This document shows positions 45,679 through 53,685 of a DNA stretch of 64,000 bases, piece after piece; within the stretch, counting starts at the first letter, position 1, and each line of letters begins with the position of its first letter. A program made the translations under genes and the position numbers. The notes below the pieces were generated by a model, which was not told the origin of the DNA, did no database searches, and saw only the letters and a program-made list of their open reading frames with translations. The stretch lies in the sequence record NC_048053.1. The stretch is one strand, 5' to 3'.

Positions 45679-46173
45679 TCACGTTGACAGGTTGATCAAA
45701 TACTGATCGTCTACGCCAATACGGAACATATCTTCCGAGAGTTTTTCAAAGCGGTTGTCTTGACCGCAAATCCATTCAGACTGATCGACAATAACGAAAG
45801 AATATTTCTTATCGCTTTCGCGAATGCGTTGACGAGCGCGACCGTAATCGGCAGGAGTTTCAACGCGAATAAAATCAATACGCGGTTCGATGGAATCACC
45901 GTAAACGCGTTCTTCTCGACCCAAGCGAATAATGTTCGCTTCCGGGAATTTTTCTAACAGGTACTCTGCCAGAAATTGTGACAGCACGCTAACGCCGCTA
46001 CGTTGAGGAACAGTAACAGCAATGCGGCAGTAGTCACGAATCACACGCCACTCAGTAAAACCTTTTGGCGCAGTGATTTCACGAATTGATTTCGAGTAGC
46101 TCATACTCGTTTCGACAACATTCAGAATAGAACGTTGAACGGGATTTAACTGCTCAATGGTAAGATCAGACAT
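45679..46173 (-). CDS. Small degenerate P-loop-like protein
   Basis: IAVTVPQRSGVSVL at the Walker A position; FVIVDQ at the Walker B position. Confidence 0.6.
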   Translation of the reverse strand: MSDLTIEQLNPVQRSILNVVETSMSYSKSIREITAPKGFTEWRVIRDYCRIAVTVPQRSGVSVLSQFLAEYLLEKFPEANIIRLGREERVYGDSIEPRIDFIRVETPADYGRARQRIRESDKKYSFVIVDQSEWICGQDNRFEKLSEDMFRIGVDDQYLINLST

Positions 46174-46184
46174 TGAATGTCTCC

Positions 46185-46647
46185 TTAGTTTAAAAGCACA
46201 AAGCGAAGCGACTGCAAATACGACTCACCCAAAACGTCACGATACTTAATGAGTCTGTATTGGAGAGATTCAATCCGTCCTCCAAACTGATAAGCATCGT
46301 CAATGACGAACAGGTTAGGACTATTTGCATCTTCGAACTTGTGGTATAACTCACGCAGACGATTATGAGTGAAACAAAATTCACCATCAACCGACTCGTG
46401 ATCCATAGTTAAAAGAAAGGCATTGTGTTTTGCTGCCAATTCTTTTGCGAACGTTGTGTGACCGGTTCCCGTTCCCACGCGTACAGCGAGAGTGCGCTGA
46501 TCATACAACCAGTCAGCATTAACGAAGAAAGGATCATTAAGAATAACGAAGGACTTTTCGAAGGCATTAAATAAATCCCAAAAAAGTTTTATTCATAAGC
46601 GCATAGCGCTCTTGTTGCAACGCTGCCAGACGTTCGTTGCTATTCAT
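46185..46647 (-). pseudogene. Degenerate P-loop protein gene split by an apparent +1 frameshift near 46580-46589
   Basis: 5' ORF 46647-46567 (MNSNERLAALQQERYALMNK...) has an RBS; the next frame is open from WDLFNAFEK...WLYDQRTLAVRVGTGTGHTT with no canonical start before TTG 46508; junction AAAACTTTTTTGGG. Confidence 0.5.
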
Positions 46648-46670
46648 AATTATCTTTCCCGAAAAGTGAA

Positions 46671-46697
46671 GAGAAGAAAAAGCCTCCGAAGAGGCTT
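46671..46697 (-). terminator. Rho-independent terminator
   Basis: AAGCCTC-TTCG-GAGGCTT-TTTCTT directly after the stop at 46696. Confidence 0.85.
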
Positions 46698-47853
46698 AAT
46701 CCGTGCCGAATTTCACATCAAGAAATTCCATCTTGTCGTATTGAACAGTAACACCGTAAACCAACGGAGATATACGAACAAACGAAATTCCTCGAATAGT
46801 CAGATCGTGACGCACACCGCCAATTACTTTCCTTATGGCGATATCTTTGGCTTTACCGACAGTCAATGAATTCTCATGCAGTTTAAAAGAGTCCTTCACA
46901 TAGAACCGACCGAGATCTCTTTTAAAACTTAGATCATTATCGAACTTTAGTTTTTGCGTGTAACCATTCAACGCACTAACAATCAGACTGCGCGGAACAT
47001 CAGAAAAATTCTGGTCTGCGCGAATCTGCGTAGCAAGTTTGCTACTGATCTTATCTATGCGTTTTGGCGCACGATTGCCGAGGGATTTAAGATAGTCGCG
47101 ACATGCGAGTAAGGTTCCGTGAAATGCTGCGCAATATCTTTCCAAGATAATAGCTTGTTCCGCGTTACACTCTATCTCAACGCAAAAATCGCCTTCCTGC
47201 ACGGTTGCAGCATGGCGAGATTTTTCGTTACCCTGTTTTCTGCGTCTTTCGATCATGATCTTGACATACGCCGACCATGCGTAGCAAAGCGTGAGCATGA
47301 CAGGATCATCTTCTTCGATTTTGAAATGTTCAATGAACAGGGGAATACTCATGCCAATGAAAATTTCTTTCTCGATGACTGCGTTTCGAAATTCACGCAA
47401 ATCGTCATATCCATATTTGACGATTTTGTACTTCTTCCTTTCATCCTCAGAAACAGAATCTTTCTTAGGATCGTTATGATACATATCTGCCACTTGAGGC
47501 CACGAATTAATTTCGTCAGCTTTAACCTGCTTAACGATTTCGCGAGCTTCGGCAATTGTGATATCAGGCCAAGTGCGATAACTACTGGTCACGGTGTCGC
47601 GATGAAAAAATTCATACAGCGCCGCAAGTTCATAGATCTCAAGTGGCTTCTCAACTTTATCGGACTTAGGTTGTTTAGCTTTCGGCTTCGGTTTTGGCTT
47701 CTTCGCTTCAAGAACAGGAGAAACTTTATCCGGCTTTGTTTTGACTTTTTTGCTGCGAGTCGAAACGGGCAGGACTTCCAGCAACTCCCTTTCAAGATCC
47801 TCCAACGCTTTCGTCCGTGCTGTTTTCTTCGGCACGATTAAAATCTCCAACAC
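46696..47853 (-). CDS. Protein with C-terminal TnpB N-half-like (WED/REC) domain, no RuvC
   Basis: By-eye match of residues about 220-380 to the IS605 TnpB N-half: IECNAEQAIILER, FSDVPRSLIVSAL, LSFKR, FKLHENSLTVGK, IRGISFVR...YGVTVQY; ends before any RuvC-I GID motif. Confidence 0.55.
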   Translation of the reverse strand: MLEILIVPKKTARTKALEDLERELLEVLPVSTRSKKVKTKPDKVSPVLEAKKPKPKPKAKQPKSDKVEKPLEIYELAALYEFFHRDTVTSSYRTWPDITIAEAREIVKQVKADEINSWPQVADMYHNDPKKDSVSEDERKKYKIVKYGYDDLREFRNAVIEKEIFIGMSIPLFIEHFKIEEDDPVMLTLCYAWSAYVKIMIERRRKQGNEKSRHAATVQEGDFCVEIECNAEQAIILERYCAAFHGTLLACRDYLKSLGNRAPKRIDKISSKLATQIRADQNFSDVPRSLIVSALNGYTQKLKFDNDLSFKRDLGRFYVKDSFKLHENSLTVGKAKDIAIRKVIGGVRHDLTIRGISFVRISPLVYGVTVQYDKMEFLDVKFGTD

Positions 47854-47870
47854 TCTGGTTTACTCTGAAT

Positions 47871-47881
47871 ATTTACAGATT
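47871..47881 (-). promoter_or_regulatory. AATCTGTAAAT motif
   Basis: About 18 nt upstream of TTG 47853. Confidence 0.6.
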
Positions 47882-49510
47882 TGTCACCAATTGTTTGGCA
47901 GAAGAGTCGAAAGGTTTTTTCACAAACTTAATCCTATCGCTCCGCAATCTTGCGCTAGAAAGCAATGCGCCGTCATGCTCGAAGGAATAAACGTGCTTAA
48001 CACGATTTTCTTCGATGGCAGAGAACAGAAGATCAGTTTCGATTCCAGTGATCATGTGGCTTAAAATTCGCTTCCTTATTTCAGAAGTTATTTCGCCAGA
48101 CCAACTATATCGTGCGCCCACTGCGTTTGTGAGAACAAAACCGTCACCACTTTTTCTTGCGCTTTTAATATACGCTTCACACAACGCCTCAAGACTGACA
48201 ACGATTGAATGTGTTTCGCGCTCCCAACGTTCACGAATTCTTTCACACTCCGAGGAAATAAGTTTTTCGGTTAAGCGATCCAGATCTTCGAAACGAACCT
48301 TACCTTCACGACTCAATCGTTTTAACGCTCGCGAACGACACTCCTTTCGAACGCTTGCGCGAATAGATTTCATCGCTTGAGAATCAGCAATAGCAGAACG
48401 ACGCATGGTTCCACCGATACTGAACATCATCCCATAAAAACAAATCTTTGTGATCTCTTTGGGAAGATTAAACTGATTGGCGAAATCTGAAATCGAATTT
48501 GTTTCATTAAGCATTCGGCAGTGAATCTTATGGCGCTGCAACTCCATTTTTAAAATGTTGAGTTGGCTGCTTTGCATATCGACGTTATGACCTACGCAAT
48601 ACGCACGTTGTTTCAAAGCGCGAGGCAAGTTTTGAAACCCGCCTGACTCTTCAAATAAACGACCACCTAAACCACTTGCTCGATATGTTGGATAGTATTT
48701 GATGATCAGACGAGAACGTTCAACCAAAATAAAATCCTGAGACAAAAACGATAGCAAATTGCTTTGCAGTAAAATAACCCGCGCTCGAATTGATTTCCGT
48801 GTATAGTGACTGTACTTTGCAATTTCGTCAACGACTGGTCGCAAAGAAATAGTGTTTGGACTAAGTTTTGAAAGCACATCCCGATATCGCTTTATTGCGT
48901 TACGCGAGGTATTGCGATCAAATGATCTTAAATCGTGCTGAGGTGGAACCAAATTTTCTTTTCCACGTTGAACACAAATTTTCTCAATCGTTTTTCCAAA
49001 CAAATCGCCCTTTGTGAAGTGCGGCGTACAATAACGAATTTTAGTAAGAATATCCTGCGCAGATTTAGGCCGCACTGGATACATCTGTTCAAATATTTCT
49101 TCCTTGAGTTTAAAGCGTCTACACTGACCATCGCTACCGAAAAAATAAGGCGAAGCCGTGAAAACATTCTCAATTAACCAATCCAATGCGCGAGAAAAAC
49201 CTTTCCCTTTTTTAGCATACGTTCCTTTTGCGCTATAATCCCCGCTGGCACCGAAAACATAAGGTAATTCCTTTCTACCTAACGCAGTTGGAACCGGAAT
49301 AAAGGGCATTTCATTGTTATCACGAAACGTAGCGCTATACAACGAACAATGAACGATGTGCCAAAAGAATATTGATATCTGCTTTCGAAACTCTAACTCC
49401 TTATGTTCTGGCCCGTCATACGGACAAGCTAAAATGACATGTTGATTGACCCAAAATACAGTGTCATATTCCTGTAGCATGGGATTTTTGACTAGAAATG
49501 CGGTTTGCAT
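47873..49510 (-). CDS. Minimal family A polymerase-like protein (TV-Pol-like), no exonuclease
   Basis: GGRLF..SGGFQNLP, motif A DMQSSQLNIL, motif B TKICFYGMMF, SHMITGIE, motif C EHDG; ATG 49510 with GGAGAAG RBS. Confidence 0.7.
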   Translation of the reverse strand: MQTAFLVKNPMLQEYDTVFWVNQHVILACPYDGPEHKELEFRKQISIFFWHIVHCSLYSATFRDNNEMPFIPVPTALGRKELPYVFGASGDYSAKGTYAKKGKGFSRALDWLIENVFTASPYFFGSDGQCRRFKLKEEIFEQMYPVRPKSAQDILTKIRYCTPHFTKGDLFGKTIEKICVQRGKENLVPPQHDLRSFDRNTSRNAIKRYRDVLSKLSPNTISLRPVVDEIAKYSHYTRKSIRARVILLQSNLLSFLSQDFILVERSRLIIKYYPTYRASGLGGRLFEESGGFQNLPRALKQRAYCVGHNVDMQSSQLNILKMELQRHKIHCRMLNETNSISDFANQFNLPKEITKICFYGMMFSIGGTMRRSAIADSQAMKSIRASVRKECRSRALKRLSREGKVRFEDLDRLTEKLISSECERIRERWERETHSIVVSLEALCEAYIKSARKSGDGFVLTNAVGARYSWSGEITSEIRKRILSHMITGIETDLLFSAIEENRVKHVYSFEHDGALLSSARLRSDRIKFVKKPFDSSAKQLVTNL

Positions 49511-49545
49511 CCGACTTCTCCAGAAATTCCATCCTCGCCCTTCCA

Positions 49546-49556
49546 ATTTACAGATC
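49546..49556 (-). promoter_or_regulatory. ATCTGTAAAT motif
   Basis: About 36 nt upstream of ATG 49510. Confidence 0.55.
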
Positions 49557-49866
49557 TTTTTCCCCGAACCCCGTCGATCCCCAAATTTTTTCTTCACCTT
49601 GAAACTTACACAACAAACACATACACCCATACAGCATACAGAGCTACCCTAGCGCTAACAACGCAATAGGATATTCAATATAGATAACCGGGGCCCGGAT
49701 ATACATGGTAGGAGCGTTAAGTGATCACTATTATAATATGCAGAAATTCATATACCCCACTCTAGGCACTATCTACTGCCTTAGAATGCGATTCTACTCG
49801 ATCCTGCAAAAAAGTTTCGAAAGTTTCGGAATCGGGAAAGTGTGTAAAATTTTAGGTAGGTGTTCG

Positions 49867-49879
49867 TAAGTCATTGATA
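49867..49879 (-). promoter_or_regulatory. IHF consensus match in the largest intergenic gap
   Basis: TATCAATGACTTA fits WATCAANNNNTTR, with an A/T tract 5' of it on the same strand. Confidence 0.35.
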
Positions 49880-49969
49880 TGTAACAGGAATATTTTTTGC
49901 ATTGAAAAACAGAATGAGTAGATCACCATCAAAACAGCGTATAGATAGCGATCTACTCAGTAAAATGCG

Positions 49970-50521
49970 TCATTTTCTGTTTTTCATGTTTAGGCGTTTC
50001 TGCAATTTCTTGCCGATCTGCGTCATAATGGCTGCTACGGCGTCTCCATCGTTCTTTCCGACCGCTTCTGCCAATTTGTCGCCCTGTTCTCGACTCAGTT
50101 CCGGCATAATCATTTTCAACATTTTACTGCGAGCATTTGCGCTTTTTGATCTTGAAACGCTAACACCGCCATTCAAATTGAATTTGCGATCAACACTTTG
50201 CTGTGTGATAGCTTGAAGATCCCGCGCAAGTCCCGCGAACAATCTCTGAATAGGAGAAATTTCGCTGCCTTCCGGAATCTTATAGAGCGAACGCAGTTCC
50301 TGATCTTCTTTTTCACACGCAACTGCACGCACGCTTGTTTCGCGCACATCAACGGCGTCTGCCTGTTTAACATGCGGAGTTTCGCGCAATACAATTGTTG
50401 AAGATCCTTCATTCGAATCATCTGCAATTGGTGCCTCGTTAGTTGTTTCTTTACGAGCTTCCCAACCGAGCGGAATATCTTGTGAAGGATCTGCGCTTCC
50501 GAAAATGATTTCAGTTTGCAT
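49970..50521 (-). CDS. Hypothetical protein (MQTEIIFGSAD...)
   Basis: GAGG RBS; adjacent to the neck-like gene. Confidence 0.75.
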   Translation of the reverse strand: MQTEIIFGSADPSQDIPLGWEARKETTNEAPIADDSNEGSSTIVLRETPHVKQADAVDVRETSVRAVACEKEDQELRSLYKIPEGSEISPIQRLFAGLARDLQAITQQSVDRKFNLNGGVSVSRSKSANARSKMLKMIMPELSREQGDKLAEAVGKNDGDAVAAIMTQIGKKLQKRLNMKNRK

Positions 50522-50523
50522 GA

Positions 50524-51642
50524 TTACCTCAGTTCATACCCTTTGTTAATATTGTACTGCAATTCCTTTCGCTGTACCGGACGTGTTGTGACAACCCATT
50601 CCCACGACTGATTTTTTGCCGTGCGTTTTTTCGGTGCCTCTGTTACTTTCAAAACATACCGCTTGAACGGAAGAACAAGAATATCTTCCGGCTCAATCAT
50701 TCCACTTCGCGCCGGAAGAACTACAGTGATATTACCAACTGTCAGTTCCTGATCGTAGTTCAAAATGTTTTGTTCTTCGCTGATATTGCCGTTAATGTCA
50801 TCCACGCCCAAATCAAAAATCAAAAGTGCGTGAGTGAACGCGTCAATATTTTTTACGCGAACCGTTATGTGCTGGCCTTTGTATTTGGACAACAAAGCCA
50901 GATTCAATTCTGTTTCCGTTCCGTTGATAACAGCAAAGAGTTTATTTCGCGGTTCTAACACTCGATCATTTACGCGAATGCTATACTTCGCCGTTTTGAA
51001 ATATTTGGGAATAAGCGTATCGAAATCCACATATCCCTTTTTTCTTTCCAGACGGAAAGTTGTCGGCGCAGTTGATTGATCTTTCGTGTACCCTGAAAGT
51101 TTTTGAACGTGGTGATGCGTCATTACGTTGTAGATATAACCCGTTGCTTGAAAGCCCGGTTGAAAACCTTGACGATAACAAATACCACAATTCACTACGT
51201 TGCCTGCATTCCAGCGATCATCCGTATCGCCACCATCGCTCAACATATCCGCTGCATCAATAACAGCGTGGGCATTTCCAACATCAAACATATCATCTAA
51301 TGCGATTGCGCCTTTTCCTTTGCCGCCAAACATTGTGTTCCCGGTAGGCTTGATATCAATTCCATTTCCGCGTGCCTCTCCATCGCTTTCACCCATCACG
51401 CTTTTTAAACCGCCTTCAAGAAAATCATCGGCGTCATTTTCCACTTTGTTGCAACTGCACACCAAACCAAACTTAGCCTTTTTGAAAATGATCACTTTGG
51501 TGCTGTCTACAGACAACGCCTGCTCAACTTTCGATTGGACAATTTCGATTACACTATCCAATCTTTTTTGAACGCGCTCATGCTCATAAGTTTTATGTCG
51601 TTTGTATGTGTTTCGAGTTTTACCTCCGGTCAACCAACTCAT
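50524..51642 (-). CDS. Probable virion neck/head-closure protein with Cys cluster
   Basis: VCSC...CGICY..GF..G and a C-terminal beta-rich segment resemble jumbo-phage head-completion proteins (recall). Confidence 0.4.
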   Translation of the reverse strand: MSWLTGGKTRNTYKRHKTYEHERVQKRLDSVIEIVQSKVEQALSVDSTKVIIFKKAKFGLVCSCNKVENDADDFLEGGLKSVMGESDGEARGNGIDIKPTGNTMFGGKGKGAIALDDMFDVGNAHAVIDAADMLSDGGDTDDRWNAGNVVNCGICYRQGFQPGFQATGYIYNVMTHHHVQKLSGYTKDQSTAPTTFRLERKKGYVDFDTLIPKYFKTAKYSIRVNDRVLEPRNKLFAVINGTETELNLALLSKYKGQHITVRVKNIDAFTHALLIFDLGVDDINGNISEEQNILNYDQELTVGNITVVLPARSGMIEPEDILVLPFKRYVLKVTEAPKKRTAKNQSWEWVVTTRPVQRKELQYNINKGYELR

Positions 51643-51706
51643 AAAATTTCTCCGGTTAGTTTTACTCTAATAGCACGCTATAGACACACTCTATCTCTAA
51701 CATGGC

Positions 51707-51715
51707 AAAATTACT
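51707..51715 (-). promoter_or_regulatory. TAATTTT motif in the divergent promoter region
   Basis: AGTAATTTT about 65 nt upstream of ATG 51642. Confidence 0.3.
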
Positions 51716-51785
51716 GATAATACTTTTATTCTACCTTTAGCAATACGAATGATTATTTATATAGACAAAATAAAAGGAGTTTCAT

Positions 51786-52334
51786 ATGCGCATTTTATCG
51801 GGCGATCCCGGTAAAGTGAACTTTGCGCTTACTGTTCTCGATGTGAAAGGCAAGAGACTTGATATCATGGGAACCAGAATGTTTGGTAGCCCGATTCAGA
51901 ATCTTACTGGTGATCTTGGAAGCGTGACGAAAAAGTTCATTGATGAGATCGCAAAAATTGATAAGCAATATGGCCCGTTCGACGCTATGTGTTTTGAACG
52001 GTTCCAGTCGCGAGGCTTGGGCGGCAACACCATTGAAGCAATCAGTATTATGATTGGTGTCATGGCGTTTTACTGCCACAAGAAAAAAATTCCCTTCTTT
52101 GCAATCACTGCATCGCAATGGAAAAATGCGTTTAACCGCCACGCCGATCTCAAAGGATTGTACAAGGAATTTAATCTTACTTCTAAAAAGAGTAAGAAAG
52201 CGATTCACGAATTCGATTCAATGTTGATTGGCATTTATACGTTCTATAAACTTAATGAACTCACACCCTTTGCCGGAATTCAGAAGATGATCTATCCAAT
52301 AATTGATCGCTTCCTCAATTCCCCCAAACTATAA
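51786..52334 (+). CDS. ruvC: RuvC-like Holliday junction resolvase
   Basis: MRILSGDPG (first Asp), FERFQ (Glu), ASQWK, HEFDS; AAGGAG RBS. Confidence 0.85.
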   Translation: MRILSGDPGKVNFALTVLDVKGKRLDIMGTRMFGSPIQNLTGDLGSVTKKFIDEIAKIDKQYGPFDAMCFERFQSRGLGGNTIEAISIMIGVMAFYCHKKKIPFFAITASQWKNAFNRHADLKGLYKEFNLTSKKSKKAIHEFDSMLIGIYTFYKLNELTPFAGIQKMIYPIIDRFLNSPKL

Positions 52335-52346
52335 GCGAGAGAAAAA

Positions 52347-52988
52347 ATGACCAACGTTCCAGAAATCCAGACTCAAACTGCCATCATTGCATTTCTTGAA
52401 GCAGTCTTTAAAGCGGAGATTAGTTATACTCCGCAAGGACATATTCCGACTAACGCTAAAGGCGAAGTTCTGAGGGAGTTTGAATTTAAATCCGACTGGA
52501 TTACTTTCAATAAACTGCTTAAAGATCTGCACGAACAAATTGGCGCAAAAGTTTACCACAATACTGATCCGAATGGATGCCGTATTTGTATCCGTCCTTT
52601 CGACACGCAAAACTTAGGTGATAGGAATTATACTTCGTTTATTTTTGCAGTTGATCCTCTCGGATATGTACCGTCTGATTGTGACGCAACTCCGATTCGC
52701 AAACACCGTCTTCCAATTTTTTCGGAACACGAAATTTTTGAATCACTTGCGGAATTTCATGGCATCCATGTAAAACGCGGAGCGCTTGAAAAAGAATTGC
52801 TTGTTTCGGAATTCACTGTTCGCTGGTACGGCCTGACAGAATTTTTAACGCAATGCCGTTTGTTTTTGGATGGAACGTTGGTTGGAAAACAAGGCACGAT
52901 CTATTTGATTGAGCATAACACTGTGCTTCATGATCAGCCTGCACGAAACGAAACTTGTTTCAAAATCGCACACGAACTTTCGTACTAA
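52347..52988 (+). CDS. Hypothetical protein (213 aa)
   Basis: GAGAG RBS; follows ruvC. Confidence 0.75.
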   Translation: MTNVPEIQTQTAIIAFLEAVFKAEISYTPQGHIPTNAKGEVLREFEFKSDWITFNKLLKDLHEQIGAKVYHNTDPNGCRICIRPFDTQNLGDRNYTSFIFAVDPLGYVPSDCDATPIRKHRLPIFSEHEIFESLAEFHGIHVKRGALEKELLVSEFTVRWYGLTEFLTQCRLFLDGTLVGKQGTIYLIEHNTVLHDQPARNETCFKIAHELSY

Positions 52989-53000
52989 TTCTCTTTCAAC

Positions 53001-53011
53001 ACTGTAAATAG
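53001..53011 (+). promoter_or_regulatory. CTGTAAATA motif
   Basis: ACTGTAAATAG about 36 nt upstream of ATG 53047. Confidence 0.55.
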
Positions 53012-53046
53012 TTAGAAATGAAATCTGTATGCAGGGTAAGAGAAAA

Positions 53047-53685
53047 ATGGCGAAAGGTACAAGTGCGCAGGTAAAAATGCCTGCAAAGAAACGCAAAAAA
53101 GATCTGCAAATCCAAATCGATACGCGACCAATTAATTTGTGTCCTGAACTTGAAGAGTCTGCTACGCCATTCCGTTTTCGTGGTATGTGTCCAATGACTC
53201 GCTGCCAATATTGCACGACTGCAACTGAAACAGGTTGCCTTGCATTGGACAGAAAGGAAAGTTCGGATCGCCCAATCAGTAGCAAAGAGATTGCTTATTA
53301 TAAGCGCGGTTTATTTCCGGAACTCGGCGAGTTTGATCAGAAGCAACTTGAAGCAACGGTTCGCAGATCAATCACGCGTGTTCGTCTCACGATTTGTTTG
53401 AGCACCTACATTAACGCTTTGGATATTTCCTGCAAAGAAAGAGATTTCTCTTACAACGTTGGGACTGTTCCATCTGTTGATTTCGTCCATGCTTTCTTGG
53501 AACAAACATTTCCTGAGTATCAGATCTGGATGCTCCAACACATGAGCGACGAACAGCGTTTCGCGGAGTTAAGTTCTTCGCTGGCACAAACAGAGTATTC
53601 GCTTGGCGCTGCGTTGGGCTTAACGCCGAAGAAATTTAAAATTTTCTGTTTCGCCTTAAACTCTCTTCTGGAGAAAAATAAATGA
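53047..53685 (+). CDS. Hypothetical protein with Cys cluster
   Basis: CPEL...MCPMTRCQYC...GC; the start could instead be 53029. Confidence 0.75.
   Translation: MAKGTSAQVKMPAKKRKKDLQIQIDTRPINLCPELEESATPFRFRGMCPMTRCQYCTTATETGCLALDRKESSDRPISSKEIAYYKRGLFPELGEFDQKQLEATVRRSITRVRLTICLSTYINALDISCKERDFSYNVGTVPSVDFVHAFLEQTFPEYQIWMLQHMSDEQRFAELSSSLAQTEYSLGAALGLTPKKFKIFCFALNSLLEKNK

Noticed and set aside
46696-47853. Active IS200/IS605 element
   Set aside because: No tnpA, no RuvC domain, and no subterminal hairpins other than an ordinary terminator.
51786-52334. RuvC acting as the missing half of a split TnpB
   Set aside because: It is a contiguous resolvase-type RuvC, on the opposite strand 4 kb away, without the split RuvC-I/II/III and Zn-finger layout of TnpB.
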